A DNA stretch of 64,000 nt from an uncultured Actinomycetota bacterium (GCA_963823735.1 CAWGMO010000002.1:2998848-3062847), one strand, 5' to 3'; shown: positions 47,349 through 57,799, numbered from the stretch's first letter. Program-made: numbers and translations. Notes: generated by a model not told the origin, from the letters alone.

Positions 47349-47887
47349 GCGGGCTCGTCGTGCGCACGCGGGTGACGCAGCGGCCGATCGTCGACGCGGC
47401 GCGGTTCCGGCAGGCGCTCGGCCGCCACGCCTCCGGTGTGGTCGTCGTGACCGGACCCGGGCCGGTCGGGCTGACCGCGACGTCGCTGACCTCGGTCAGC
47501 CTCGACCCTCCGCTCGTGTCGTTCTGCGTCGGCCGCGACTCCACGACCTGGCCGGACCTGCGGACCGCCGAGGTGTTCGCGGTCAACATGCTCGCCGCCG
47601 GCCAGGACGCGGTCGCGTCGCGGTTCGCGCGGCGGGGCGGCGACCGGTTCGCGGCGCCGACCTCCTGGGAGGCCGGCCCGTACGACGTGCCGATCCTCGA
47701 CGGCACCGTCGCCCACCTGCTGTGCGAGCCGTACGACACGATCGCGCTCGGGGACCACTGGCTCGTGGCCGGCCTGGTCATCGGCACCGGGCACGGTACG
47801 ACCGGCGATCCCCTGCTGTACCACGGTGGCCGATATGGGCGATTTGCCCCGCACGCTGAGCAGGGGGGACAGAATCGACATCAGTGA
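47345..47887 (+). CDS. flavin reductase-domain protein (HpaC/NtaB-like)
   Basis: FRQALGRHASGVVVVT...LTATSLTSVSLDPPLVSFCV...PLLYHGGRY. ATGA overlap with the preceding gene. Confidence 0.8.
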   Translation: MSGLVVRTRVTQRPIVDAARFRQALGRHASGVVVVTGPGPVGLTATSLTSVSLDPPLVSFCVGRDSTTWPDLRTAEVFAVNMLAAGQDAVASRFARRGGDRFAAPTSWEAGPYDVPILDGTVAHLLCEPYDTIALGDHWLVAGLVIGTGHGTTGDPLLYHGGRYGRFAPHAEQGGQNRHQ

Positions 47888-47954
47888 AAGCATCGTCACG
47901 CTCTGTCCGCAGGCATAGGCTGTAGGCGCTCGCCGACCCTGCCGGGGTGGACAC

Positions 47955-48839
47955 ATGGAACGCTGGTTCGCCGAACGATCCGTCGGGCAGTTGCTGCCCG
48001 GAGACCATGCCTGGTTCTCCTACTCCAGTGACGAGGAGCGGGAGCATGTCGTCGGCGCGTTCGTACGCGACGGGCTGACCACGTCGGAGAAGGTCATCTA
48101 CATCACCGACACCGAGCCGGGCGAGCTTCCCGGCCTGCGGTCGCGCGGCGACCCCGACCCGGCGCCCTTTCTCCGCTCGGGCCAGCTCATCGTCCTCTCG
48201 CGCTCAGAGGCCTGCCTGACCGCGGCCGGGGTCTTCGACCCCGGCCGCATGGCGGCCTCGCTGGAGGGCGTACTCGCCCGCGCGGAGCGGGAGCCGTTCC
48301 GTGGCGTACGCGTCACCGCGGACATGACCTGGGCGATGCGCCAGCAGAGCGGGCACGCCCGGATGCTGGACTGCGAGGCGAGGGTCGACGCCGCGATCGC
48401 GCCGAGCACGTCGGCCATCGCGATCTGCCAGATCGACCGCCGGTCCTGCACGCACGACGAGCTGACCGCTCTCAAGGAGACACACGAGGTGCTAGTGGGC
48501 GCTGACCCGGACTTCGACGACGGGGTCCTGAGCATCACCCGCACGTTCCGGCCACGGGGGCTGCGACTCAAAGGTGAGCTGGACGGCGCGCGGCACACGG
48601 TGTTCTTCGAGGCCCTGCAGGCCGTGACGGCGCAGGGCGGTGAGGTCCACCTCGACCTGGCCGGGCTCCGCTTCGTCGACCTCGGCGCGCTCAGCATGAT
48701 GGCCAGGACCGCCATGCGGATGGCCACGCGCGGCCGCCTGCTGCTCGACAATCCCTCCCCCGACGTGTCACAGGTCGTCCGTCTCGTCGGCGGCATGCGA
48801 ATGCCATGGCTGGAGATCGGTGACGGGGACACACCATGA
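47955..48839 (+). CDS. MEDS-domain protein fused to a STAS (anti-sigma-factor-antagonist-like) domain
   Basis: The N-terminal PGDHAWFSYSSDEEREHVVGAFVRDGLTTSEKVIYI is MEDS-like. The C-terminal LRLKGELDGARHTVFFEALQAV...VHLDLAGLRFVDLGALSMM is STAS-like. Confidence 0.7.
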   Translation: MERWFAERSVGQLLPGDHAWFSYSSDEEREHVVGAFVRDGLTTSEKVIYITDTEPGELPGLRSRGDPDPAPFLRSGQLIVLSRSEACLTAAGVFDPGRMAASLEGVLARAEREPFRGVRVTADMTWAMRQQSGHARMLDCEARVDAAIAPSTSAIAICQIDRRSCTHDELTALKETHEVLVGADPDFDDGVLSITRTFRPRGLRLKGELDGARHTVFFEALQAVTAQGGEVHLDLAGLRFVDLGALSMMARTAMRMATRGRLLLDNPSPDVSQVVRLVGGMRMPWLEIGDGDTP

Positions 48840-49756
48840 CCAACCTCATCCATCGCGCGATGATCTACGACCACGACGAGGACTTCCTGGGCACGGCCGT
48901 GCCCTTCGTCCGCGAGGGCCTCGAAGCCGACGAGACGGTCCTGGTGATCCGCTCCTCCGGCGGCATCACGGGCCTGCGCGACACCCTCGGCGGCGACGCC
49001 GACGCGATCGAGTTCCACGACTCCGCGACCTGGTACACCCAGCCGACCCGCACCGTCGCCGCGTACACCGCCTTCATCACGGAGAACCCCGACGCACGGA
49101 TCAGGGTCGTGTGCGAGCCCGGCTGGGAGTGCGGCTCACCGGCGGAGATCTCCGAGTGGACCCGCTATGAGTCCCTGGTCAACCAGGCCTTCGCCCCGGT
49201 CGACGCCTCGGTCCTGTGCATGTACGACCGCCGCACCGCCGCTCCGGGCGTCATCGACGGCGTCATGCGCACCCACCCGGAGATCGTCGACGGCTCGGGC
49301 CGGTGGCCGAACGGCGCCTACCGCGACCCGGAGACGGTCTTCGCCGAGATCGACCGCTCTCCTCTGCCCCGCCCGCCTTTCGGCGCCGCCTCGGCCCCGG
49401 TGCGAAGCGACGACCTGAGCGAGCTGCGCTGGCTGATCGGCGGCCACGGACGCGGCCACGGCCTGCCCCCGTCCCGCCTCAACGACCTGCTGGTCGCGGC
49501 CACGGAGGTCGCGACCAACGCCGTACGCCACGGCGGCCACCCGATCACCGCCCGCGTGTGGACCGAGGACGACGACCTGATCGTGGAGGTGACGGACACC
49601 GGCCACTGGGAGCCCGCCACGGCCCCCGGCTTCATCCCGGCCGACATGACCGCCCCGGGCTTCGGCCTGTGGGGCGTCCGCATGCTGTGCCCGCTCGTCC
49701 AGATCCGCACCGGCGAGACCGGCACGGCCGTACGCCTGCGCGTCTCACGGCGGTGA
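48836..49756 (+). CDS. MEDS-domain protein fused to an RsbW-type anti-sigma serine kinase (HATPase) domain; RsbA-family-like
   Basis: The N-terminal HRAMIYDHDEDFLGTAVPFVREGLEADETVLVI is MEDS-like. The C-terminal LLVAATEVATNAVRHGG...LIVEVTDTGHW...GFGLWGVRMLC carries the N and G boxes of GHKL anti-sigma kinases. ATGA overlap with the upstream gene. Confidence 0.7.
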   Translation: MTNLIHRAMIYDHDEDFLGTAVPFVREGLEADETVLVIRSSGGITGLRDTLGGDADAIEFHDSATWYTQPTRTVAAYTAFITENPDARIRVVCEPGWECGSPAEISEWTRYESLVNQAFAPVDASVLCMYDRRTAAPGVIDGVMRTHPEIVDGSGRWPNGAYRDPETVFAEIDRSPLPRPPFGAASAPVRSDDLSELRWLIGGHGRGHGLPPSRLNDLLVAATEVATNAVRHGGHPITARVWTEDDDLIVEVTDTGHWEPATAPGFIPADMTAPGFGLWGVRMLCPLVQIRTGETGTAVRLRVSRR

Positions 49757-50149
49757 CGGCCTCCGCGTCGGCACCGGATAGGCCCTCGACGGCCTGATCT
49801 CGGGCGGTGTCCGCAGTCTGGGCGGGCTCGACGCCTGTGGTCGGCGGGCTCTCGTCGGGCTTGGTGTGGGGGCCGGCGGCGACGGGCTCGGTGTGGTCGC
49901 CACCGCCGGTGGAACGGGAAGCCGAGGCGTCACCGGCTGCTCCCGGTGGCCCGACGGGCGTAGCAGGCCCCAGGCGGCGATCGTCACCAGCGCGACGGCC
50001 GCGGCGGCGGCCAACGCCAGCGGCCAGGTCTTCGGGCGGGGCGCGCGGGTCGCCTCGCGGACGCGCGCGAGCAGGGCGGCGTCGGGGTCGATGTTCTCGG
50101 CGGCGCGGCGGTAGTGGTCGCGGAGCAGGTCTTCCAGGTCGTCACTCAT
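49745..50149 (-). CDS. putative membrane-anchored anti-sigma factor (single TM, Pro-rich extracytoplasmic tail)
   Basis: It lies immediately downstream of, and overlaps, the ECF sigma gene. It has a short cytoplasmic N-terminus, the TM span WPLALAAAAAVALVTIAAWGLL, then a Pro-rich tail. Confidence 0.55.
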   Translation of the reverse strand: MSDDLEDLLRDHYRRAAENIDPDAALLARVREATRAPRPKTWPLALAAAAAVALVTIAAWGLLRPSGHREQPVTPRLPVPPAVATTPSPSPPAPTPSPTRARRPQASSPPRLRTPPEIRPSRAYPVPTRRPSPP

Positions 50150-50666
50150 GGGCCTTCTCCTCCTCCGCGAGGTGCCGTCGCAGCGCGGTCATGGCGCGCG
50201 CGGTGTGGCTCTTCACCGTTCCCCGTGAGATGCCGAGTGCCTCGGCGATCTCCTCCTCCGTCAGGTCGCACCAGTACCGCAGCACCACCACGGCCCGCTG
50301 CTTGACCGGCAGCGCCGCCAGCGCGCCGTCGAGAGAGCCGCCGCCGTCCACGTCGCACGCCTGCCGGAACCCGGCCAGCCGGTCGACGTCGAGGACACCG
50401 CCGACCGGTACGTCCAGCCGTCTCTTCCGGCGTTTCTGGTCGTCGATCGCCAGGTTGACCAGCACTTTCCTGGTGTACGCCTCGGGTCGGTGACCGCCGC
50501 GCAGGATTCGTGACCAGCGCCGGGCGACCTTCTCGTACGCGCACTGCAGGAGATCCTCGGCCAGGTGCCGGTCGTAGACGAGGAAGACGGCGGTGCGCAG
50601 TAGCCGGCCCGCCGAGGCGGCGACGAACTCGTCGAACGTGAGTTCGTCGCCGCGGGCCTCCGTCAC
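50142..50666 (-). CDS. ECF-type RNA polymerase sigma factor (SigE/SigM-like)
   Basis: Region 2 FDEFVAASAGRLLRTAVFLVYDRHLAEDLLQCAYEKV and region 4 LPVKQRAVVVLRYWCDLTEEEIAEALGISRGTVKSHTARA. A GTG start at 50666 was chosen. The 300-aa track ORF has an implausible Arg/Pro-rich extension. Confidence 0.8.
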   Translation of the reverse strand: MTEARGDELTFDEFVAASAGRLLRTAVFLVYDRHLAEDLLQCAYEKVARRWSRILRGGHRPEAYTRKVLVNLAIDDQKRRKRRLDVPVGGVLDVDRLAGFRQACDVDGGGSLDGALAALPVKQRAVVVLRYWCDLTEEEIAEALGISRGTVKSHTARAMTALRRHLAEEEKAHE

Positions 50667-50683
50667 GGTGAACAGGGTGCCGC

Positions 50684-51016
50684 CTAACCGAGTCCTGGGA
50701 CGGTCGGGATCCGCGCCGGCGCGCAGCGCTCGGGCACCGGCCGGGGAACTGAGGCGCGGGTGGGCCGCGGGCGCGGCCGCGAACACGGCGGCGCCGGCCT
50801 CGCCCTGGTCGGTGAGGGTAGGGGCGGCGAGGTGGGGCGGGTGCTCCGGGTGGGCACGGGCGTGACGCGGGGCGGGGCCGGAGCAGGGCTGGTCGTCCGT
50901 ACCACGGCCGGGTGGTCGGAGCTCGCGATCGCGGTGCCGCCGAGCCAGACTCCGGCGGCCGTGACGACGGCCGCGCCGACGGTCAGGGGGATCCAGAGGG
51001 TCTTGCGGTCGGTCAT
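50684..51016 (-). CDS. hypothetical small membrane protein with a Pro-rich tail (possibly frameshifted)
   Basis: AAAGGAA ribosome-binding site 5 nt before the ATG at 51016. MTDRKTLWIPLTVGAAVVTAAGVWLGG has one TM span, and GC3 is high for about 70 codons. After that point a different frame shows the better codon bias. Confidence 0.3.
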   Translation of the reverse strand: MTDRKTLWIPLTVGAAVVTAAGVWLGGTAIASSDHPAVVRTTSPAPAPPRVTPVPTRSTRPTSPPLPSPTRARPAPPCSRPRPRPTRASVPRPVPERCAPARIPTVPGLG

Positions 51017-51090
51017 GGGGTTCCTTTCTTTCCGCACACCCCATGAACCCCTCGTCCGTGCCCGCGGGTTGTCACGGGCACGGACGAATT

Positions 51091-51667
51091 TCAGCGGAAG
51101 AGCTCCGAGAGGGCACGGAAGGCCAGCCCCCGGTGGCTGATCGCGTCCTTCTCGTCGGGCGACAGCTCCGCGGTCGTACGGGTCTCGCCCTCGGGGACGA
51201 AGATCGGGTCGTAGCCGAAGCCGTTCGTGCCGCGCGGCGCGTCGACGAGGTGCCCTTCGAGGCGGCCCACGACGGCCTGCTCCTTGCCCTCCGGCCAGGC
51301 GAGGGCGGCGACGCAGACGAACTGCGCGGCGCGGTGCTCGGCGGAGATGTCGGACAGCTGCGCGAGCACGAGGTCGAGGTTGGCCTGGTCGTCACCGTGA
51401 CGGCCGGCCCAGCGCGCCGACAGCACGCCCGGCATGCCGTTGAGCGCGTCGACGCAGAGCCCGGAGTCGTCGGCGACGGCCGGCAGCCCGGTGTGCGCCG
51501 CGATCGCGCGCGCCTTGAGCAGGGCGTTGCCCTCGAAGGTCAGCTCGGTCTCGGGAACGTCAGGGGCGTCGGGGAACTCCTCCAGGCCGACGATGTCGAG
51601 CCCGGTCGAGGATCCGGCGCAGCTCGACGAGCTTGCCCTCGTTGCGGGTGGCCAGCACGATCTTCAT
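51091..51667 (-). pseudogene. rdgB: non-canonical purine NTP pyrophosphatase RdgB/HAM1, apparent 1-nt frameshift near 51600-51605
   Basis: [21 protein letters not shown] is in one frame. [31 protein letters not shown]...GMPGVLSARWAG...FGYDPIF...ISHRG is in the next. ATGA overlap with rph. Confidence 0.85.
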
Positions 51668-52384
51668 GAACCGAGGGCCTCCTGCTGGAGGCGGGTCAGC
51701 TCCACGCAGCCACCGGCGGCGAGGTCGAGCAGCGCGTCGAGCTCGGCGCGGTCGAACGGCTGGCCCTCCGCGGTGCCCTGCACCTCGACGAACTTGCCGT
51801 CGCCGGTGCAGACGACGTTCATGTCGGTCTCGGCGGCGACGTCCTCCTTGTAGCAGAGGTCGAGGCGCGGCTCGCCGTCGACGACGCCGACGCTCACGGC
51901 GGCGACCGAGCCGACGAGCGGGCTCGTCTTGATCAGCTTCCGCTCGCGCATCCAGGACACGGCGTCGGCCAGTCGCGACGTACGCGCCGGTGATCGCGGC
52001 GGTACGTGTGCCGCCGTCGGCCTCCAGGACGTCACAGTCGAGGAGGATGCTGTTCTCGCCGAGCGCCTTGAAGTCGACGCACGCGCGCAGCGACCGGCCG
52101 ACGAGACGCGAGATCTCGTGCGTACGGCCGCCGATCTTGCCGCGGACGGACTCACGGTCGTTGCGGGTGTTGGTCGACCTCGGCAGCATGGCGTACTCGG
52201 CGGTGACCCAGCCGAGCCCGGAGTCGCGGCGCCAGCGGGGCACCGAGGTCTGCACGGTGGCCGCGCAGAGCACGCGGGTGCCGCCGAACTCGACGAGCAC
52301 CGAGCCCTCCGCGTGGGACAGCCAGCCGCGCTGGATCCGGATGGGACGGAGCTGATCGGCTGAGCGATCGTCGGGACGGGCCAT
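51664..52384 (-). pseudogene. rph: ribonuclease PH, apparent 1-nt frameshift near 51973
   Basis: [38 protein letters not shown]...[14 protein letters not shown] is in one frame. [31 protein letters not shown]...[21 protein letters not shown] is in the next. Confidence 0.85.
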
Positions 52385-52417
52385 GCGGCAACCCTACCGA
52401 GGCCCGGCCGGCGATCG

Positions 52418-53167
52418 TCACACTTCGTAGACGGCCCCCTGGTAGGCGAGTTCGATGGGGCCGGGGTACCCGCTGGCCTTGGCCTCGGCGAGGGTGGCGG
52501 CCTGGTCGTTCCAGGGCACCAGGTGCGTGAGCACCAGCCTGGCGGCACCGGCGCGGGCCGCGTGCTCGCCCGCCTGGCGGGCGGTGAGGTGCAGCTCGGC
52601 GGGCAGGTCGGGCTTGTCGAGGAAGGACGCCTCGGCCAGCAGCAGGTCGACGCCGCGGGCCAGCTCCACGAGGTTGTCGGTCACGCCGGTGTCGCCGGAG
52701 TAGGCGATCGAGACGCCGCCGTGCTCGACGCGGAACCCGAACGCGTCGACGGGATGGCTCATCGGCGCCGCCGTCACCGTGAACGGCCCGACCTCGAAGC
52801 TGCCGGGCGACAGCTCGTGGAAGTCGAACGCCTCCGACATCCCGGGGTCGGGGTCCAGGTCGTACGCGCGCGCCATCCGCGCCGCGACACCCGGCGGCCC
52901 CCACACGGGGATGCGCGGTTTCAGGCCGTCCGGTGCGTATCTTCGCGCCACCCAGTAGCCGCACAGGTCGAGGCAGTGGTCGGCGTGCAGGTGGGAGAAG
53001 ATGATCGTCCCCACGTCGTACAGGCCGATGTGGCGTTGCAGGGAGCCGAGGGCTCCGTTGCCGAGGTCGAGCAGCAGAGCGAAGCCGTCCGCCTCGACGA
53101 GGTAACAGGACGCAGGACTGTCCGGCCCCGGGAAGCTCCCGGAACAACCGATCACCGTGATGCGCAT
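52418..53167 (-). CDS. MBL-fold metallo-hydrolase (positional equivalent of M. tuberculosis Rv1339, an atypical cyclic-nucleotide phosphodiesterase)
   Basis: The HLHADH metal motif is present. Its position between murI and rph matches the mycobacterial order. Confidence 0.8.
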   Translation of the reverse strand: MRITVIGCSGSFPGPDSPASCYLVEADGFALLLDLGNGALGSLQRHIGLYDVGTIIFSHLHADHCLDLCGYWVARRYAPDGLKPRIPVWGPPGVAARMARAYDLDPDPGMSEAFDFHELSPGSFEVGPFTVTAAPMSHPVDAFGFRVEHGGVSIAYSGDTGVTDNLVELARGVDLLLAEASFLDKPDLPAELHLTARQAGEHAARAGAARLVLTHLVPWNDQAATLAEAKASGYPGPIELAYQGAVYEV

Positions 53168-53267
53168 GCGCCGACCTCCTCAGAGGGCTCGATGGCCGTA
53201 CTGCCGGTCTCTCGCATCGTTCACCTGTATCGACGCTCCCTTCCCCAGGGTCCCGCCGTACGCCCTC

Positions 53268-54083
53268 TCACGATGAGAAAGGTGCGCCGACGGGTACGGA
53301 TTCGACAAGCCCGATCTCCGGGCCGAGGAAGCGGCGGCCGAGTGCGCCGAACGGCGCGGGATCCCCGGTCGCACGGAACCGGTGTTCCGGCTCGGGGGAA
53401 TCCTCCGCGCGCGCCAGGCGGCGGTCGTGCAACACCCGGTACACGTCCTTGGCGGTCTCGTCCGCGCTCGATACGAGTGTTACCCCGTCTCCGGCGACGT
53501 ATGAGATGGCACCCGCCAGCAGAGGGTAATGGGTGCACCCGAGGATGAGCGTGTCACAGCCCGCCTCGAGAATAGGTTCCAGATAGCCGCGTGCGACGTC
53601 GAGAAGCTCGTCGCTCATCGTGATGCCCCGCTCCACAAAGTCCACAAAACGCGGACATGCGACGCTTGTCAGTGTCACATGAGGCGCAGCGGCGAACGCA
53701 TCTTCGTACGCGCGGCTCGTCACGGTCGCGTGAGTGGCGACCAGACCGACCTTTCCCGACCCGCTGGCGCTGACGGCGGCGCGCACGGCGGGCATGATGA
53801 CCTCGACGACCGGCACGTCGTAGCGTTCACGCGCGTCGTGCAGCACCGCGGAACTCGCGCTGTTGCAGGCGATGACGAGCATCTTCACGCCCTCGTCGAC
53901 GAGGTGGTCCAGCACCTCTAGGGCGTTGGCGCGCAGCTCCGCGATCGGCTTGGGGCCGTACGGAAAGCGCGCGGTGTCGGCGACGTAGAGCAACGGCTCG
54001 TTCGGCAACTGGTCGAGGATCGCCCGCGCGACGGTCAGCCCGCCGACACCGCTGTCGAAGATTCCGATGGAGGCATTGGACAT
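53268..54083 (-). CDS. murI: glutamate racemase
   Basis: [26 protein letters not shown], the two catalytic Cys contexts IACNSAS and [11 protein letters not shown] at 54083. Confidence 0.9.
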   Translation of the reverse strand: MSNASIGIFDSGVGGLTVARAILDQLPNEPLLYVADTARFPYGPKPIAELRANALEVLDHLVDEGVKMLVIACNSASSAVLHDARERYDVPVVEVIMPAVRAAVSASGSGKVGLVATHATVTSRAYEDAFAAAPHVTLTSVACPRFVDFVERGITMSDELLDVARGYLEPILEAGCDTLILGCTHYPLLAGAISYVAGDGVTLVSSADETAKDVYRVLHDRRLARAEDSPEPEHRFRATGDPAPFGALGRRFLGPEIGLVESVPVGAPFSS

Positions 54084-54169
54084 GATTCGACAGGCTAGGA
54101 GAAACCTGGGTCTGTGGCGACGGAATGCGCCCCACGTCACAGCCCGTTTTCGGCATCACGCGCCGATGA

Positions 54170-54958
54170 TCAGCGCGCACCCCGCCCGACGCGGGCGATC
54201 TGGCGGCCCTGCGCGACGAGCCGGCCGGTGGAGTCCCACACCTCGACCTCCTCGTCGAACCACCCGTCGCTGACGAGGCGGCCCGAGCCGTGGAGGGCCA
54301 GCCACCCGGGGGCGGGAACGGCGCGCATGTACCAGGTCAGCTCCACCGTGGGCGCCCAGCCGGCCGCGCCGGTGTTCAGTACGACGGGCGGCAGCGCGTC
54401 GACGGCCATCGCGAGCAGCACGGCGTCGGGCTCGTAGCCGTCGCGCAGGCGGAAGTGGGCCCGGATCTCCGGTACGCCGCTGGGCCGGCCGTCGAGCCAG
54501 CCCATGGTGCGCCCGTCGTAGTACATCTCCACCTGCGCGGCGAACCCCTCGGTGCCCTCGTGCACGAAGGTCGCGCACTCGCCGATGGGCGGCAGCGGGT
54601 TCTGCGCCGCGGAGTAGACGGGCTCGGCTTCGCCGTCGAGGGTGCCGGTGGTGAGCGTGGCCTCCAGGACCGCGCGGTCGTCCTGCACCAGGGTCAGGCG
54701 CGCCACGTCGGCCGTACGCCCGGACTTGCGCGGCTCGACGATCACCTCGGCGGGGCCGGGCTTGGCCACCCGGTAGAAGTTCGTGCTGGAGGCGACCGGG
54801 TGCGGGTGGTCCGACGCGTCGAGGGCGGCGCGGGCGAGGACCGCCATCAGGTAGCCGCCGTTGAGCGCCTGCATGATCCCGAAATCGGCGTCAAGGACGG
54901 CGGCGTACCGCCCGTCCCCGACGCGTCGCACCGCCGTGGCCTCTCGAAAGCCGCCCAT
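54170..54958 (-). CDS. thioesterase-family protein (double hotdog, TesB-like)
   Basis: LNGGYLMAVLARAA...STNFYRVAKPGPAEV and a second hotdog half. The assignment rests on family resemblance only. Confidence 0.7.
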   Translation of the reverse strand: MGGFREATAVRRVGDGRYAAVLDADFGIMQALNGGYLMAVLARAALDASDHPHPVASSTNFYRVAKPGPAEVIVEPRKSGRTADVARLTLVQDDRAVLEATLTTGTLDGEAEPVYSAAQNPLPPIGECATFVHEGTEGFAAQVEMYYDGRTMGWLDGRPSGVPEIRAHFRLRDGYEPDAVLLAMAVDALPPVVLNTGAAGWAPTVELTWYMRAVPAPGWLALHGSGRLVSDGWFDEEVEVWDSTGRLVAQGRQIARVGRGAR

Positions 54959-55014
54959 GTAGCACCCCGCCGGACAAAAGTAGAATCAGATTCGGGACGA
55001 AACACTACCGTTCA

Positions 55015-56245
<1,231 letters not shown>

Positions 56246-56449
56246 GGTGAAATGTGCTCCTTCGTCATACGGCCCCGGCATCGGTCGGAAACACGGCGGG
56301 GCACTGGGGGATTCCGGACTGCGGGAAGTGCCCTAGCGACAGTCGTAGACGATCTCGGCACGAGAGTGGCCGAACAGGAAGTTCTGCACAGGTGCGACGA
56401 CACCGCCCGTACCGGGGCGCTCAAGAGTCATCGTCCTCACCCGGTCAGT

Positions 56450-56875
56450 TTACCGAGTCGCCCCATAGGTCTCCACGACGGCGACCTCCTCCTCGGTGAC
56501 CTCGCCGTCCACGATCCGGTACGAGCGGAACTCCGTCTCGTCGTCGGCGCGCGTGGAGACCAGTACGTAGTGGGCGTTCGGCTCGGACGCGTACGAGATG
56601 TCGGTACGCGACGGGTACGCCTCGGTCGCGGTGTGGGAGTGGTAGATCACGACCGGCTCCTCGTCGCGGTCGTCCATCCCCTTCCACACCTGGAACTGCT
56701 CCATCGAGTCGAACCGGTAGAACGTCGGCGACCGCTCGGCGTTCGCCATCGCGATGAACCGGGTCGGGCGGTCCGAACCGCTCGCGCCGGCGACCACGCC
56801 GCAGGCTTCGTCCGGGTGGTCGGCGCGCGCGTGCGAAACGATCTGGTCAACGATGGCCTGCTCGATCGTCAGCAT
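56450..56875 (-). CDS. mec: JAMM/MPN+ metalloprotease Mec (CysO-cysteine peptidase)
   Basis: EACGVV and the JAMM motif YHSHTATEAYPSRTD. ATG at 56875. Confidence 0.85.
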   Translation of the reverse strand: MLTIEQAIVDQIVSHARADHPDEACGVVAGASGSDRPTRFIAMANAERSPTFYRFDSMEQFQVWKGMDDRDEEPVVIYHSHTATEAYPSRTDISYASEPNAHYVLVSTRADDETEFRSYRIVDGEVTEEEVAVVETYGATR

Positions 56876-56910
56876 GGGCAAAAGGGTATCCACGCCGCGA
56901 CCAGCGAGGA

Positions 56911-57447
56911 TCACCAGAGGGCGTGGACGAGGCTGTCCTGCAGGTACGTGAGCCAGTCGTACGCCGCGAAGCCCGCGTTGCGGGGATCGTCCCAGTCGAA
57001 GCCGCGCATCTTCTCCAGCGACTCCTCGGTGACCTCCAGCCGGGTGCCGAGCGCGAGACGCACGTCGTTGAGGGCCCGCAGCCAGCTCTGGGCCTGGTCG
57101 TCGTCCAGGACGATCTCGCCGCCGTCGCCGAGGGTCGCCAGCACCACCTCGGCCGCCGCCCGCTTGCCGTCGCGCAGCCCGGACTCGGTGTAGCGGCGGA
57201 ACTCCGAGGCGGCCTCGGGGTCCTTCTCGTAGGCGTCCGGGAAGAGCCGCGCCAGCACCGGGTCGTCCGAGACCGAGGTGTTCTCCGACAGCGAGATGCT
57301 CGGAAGGCCCTCGAAGGCGTTGGACTCGTCGGGTTCGCCCATCAGCGTCAGGAGCTGGTCGATCAGCGCGCGGAGGACCGCCGCCTCCTCACGGCGTACG
57401 CGGAGCCGTACGCCGCCGCCGCGGACCTTGGAGAAGCCCGCGCTCAC
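56911..57447 (-). CDS. DUF2017-domain protein
   Basis: Acidic roughly 178-aa protein in the conserved position downstream of clpS, overlapping the clpS stop. Confidence 0.7.
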   Translation of the reverse strand: MSAGFSKVRGGGVRLRVRREEAAVLRALIDQLLTLMGEPDESNAFEGLPSISLSENTSVSDDPVLARLFPDAYEKDPEAASEFRRYTESGLRDGKRAAAEVVLATLGDGGEIVLDDDQAQSWLRALNDVRLALGTRLEVTEESLEKMRGFDWDDPRNAGFAAYDWLTYLQDSLVHALW

Positions 57448-57797
57448 TTGTCCTGCTTAACGGTCGCCCACAGGCCGTAGGAGTGCAGGATCTCGCAGTC
57501 CCGCTCCATCTCCTCGCGCGTGCCGTTCGAGACGACCGCGCGGCCTCTCTGGTGGACGTCGAGCATGAGCTTCTCGGCCTTCTTCTTCGAGTAGCCGAAC
57601 ACGGCCTGGAACACGTACGTCACGTAGGACATCAGGTTGATCGGATCGTCCCAGACGATCGCCACCCAGGGGTGGTCGGGACGTACGTCCTCGGCGGCGT
57701 CCGGTCGATCCAACTCGACGGGAGCCGTGGTCACTGTCGTGCCTCCTTCTGGGGTACTGCCCGAACATCCTTCACACACCACACCGTAATCTGCCAC
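57444..57797 (-). CDS. clpS: ATP-dependent Clp protease adaptor ClpS
   Basis: [46 protein letters not shown]. The start codon is uncertain. Confidence 0.85.
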   Translation of the reverse strand: MADYGVVCEGCSGSTPEGGTTVTTAPVELDRPDAAEDVRPDHPWVAIVWDDPINLMSYVTYVFQAVFGYSKKKAEKLMLDVHQRGRAVVSNGTREEMERDCEILHSYGLWATVKQDK

Positions 57798-57799
57798 CT

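Noticed and set aside
50142-51044. A 300-aa sigma factor with a 125-aa N-terminal extension.
   Set aside because: The extension is Arg/Pro/His-rich and overlaps a better small ORF in another frame. The ECF region 2 begins right after a GTG at 50666.
56246-56449. A SAM or other sulfur-metabolite riboswitch in the mec-cysO spacer.
   Set aside because: I could not find the conserved cores of the SAM-I or SAM-IV consensus sequences as I remember them. Only a generic hairpin is visible, so it is kept as an open question rather than a call.
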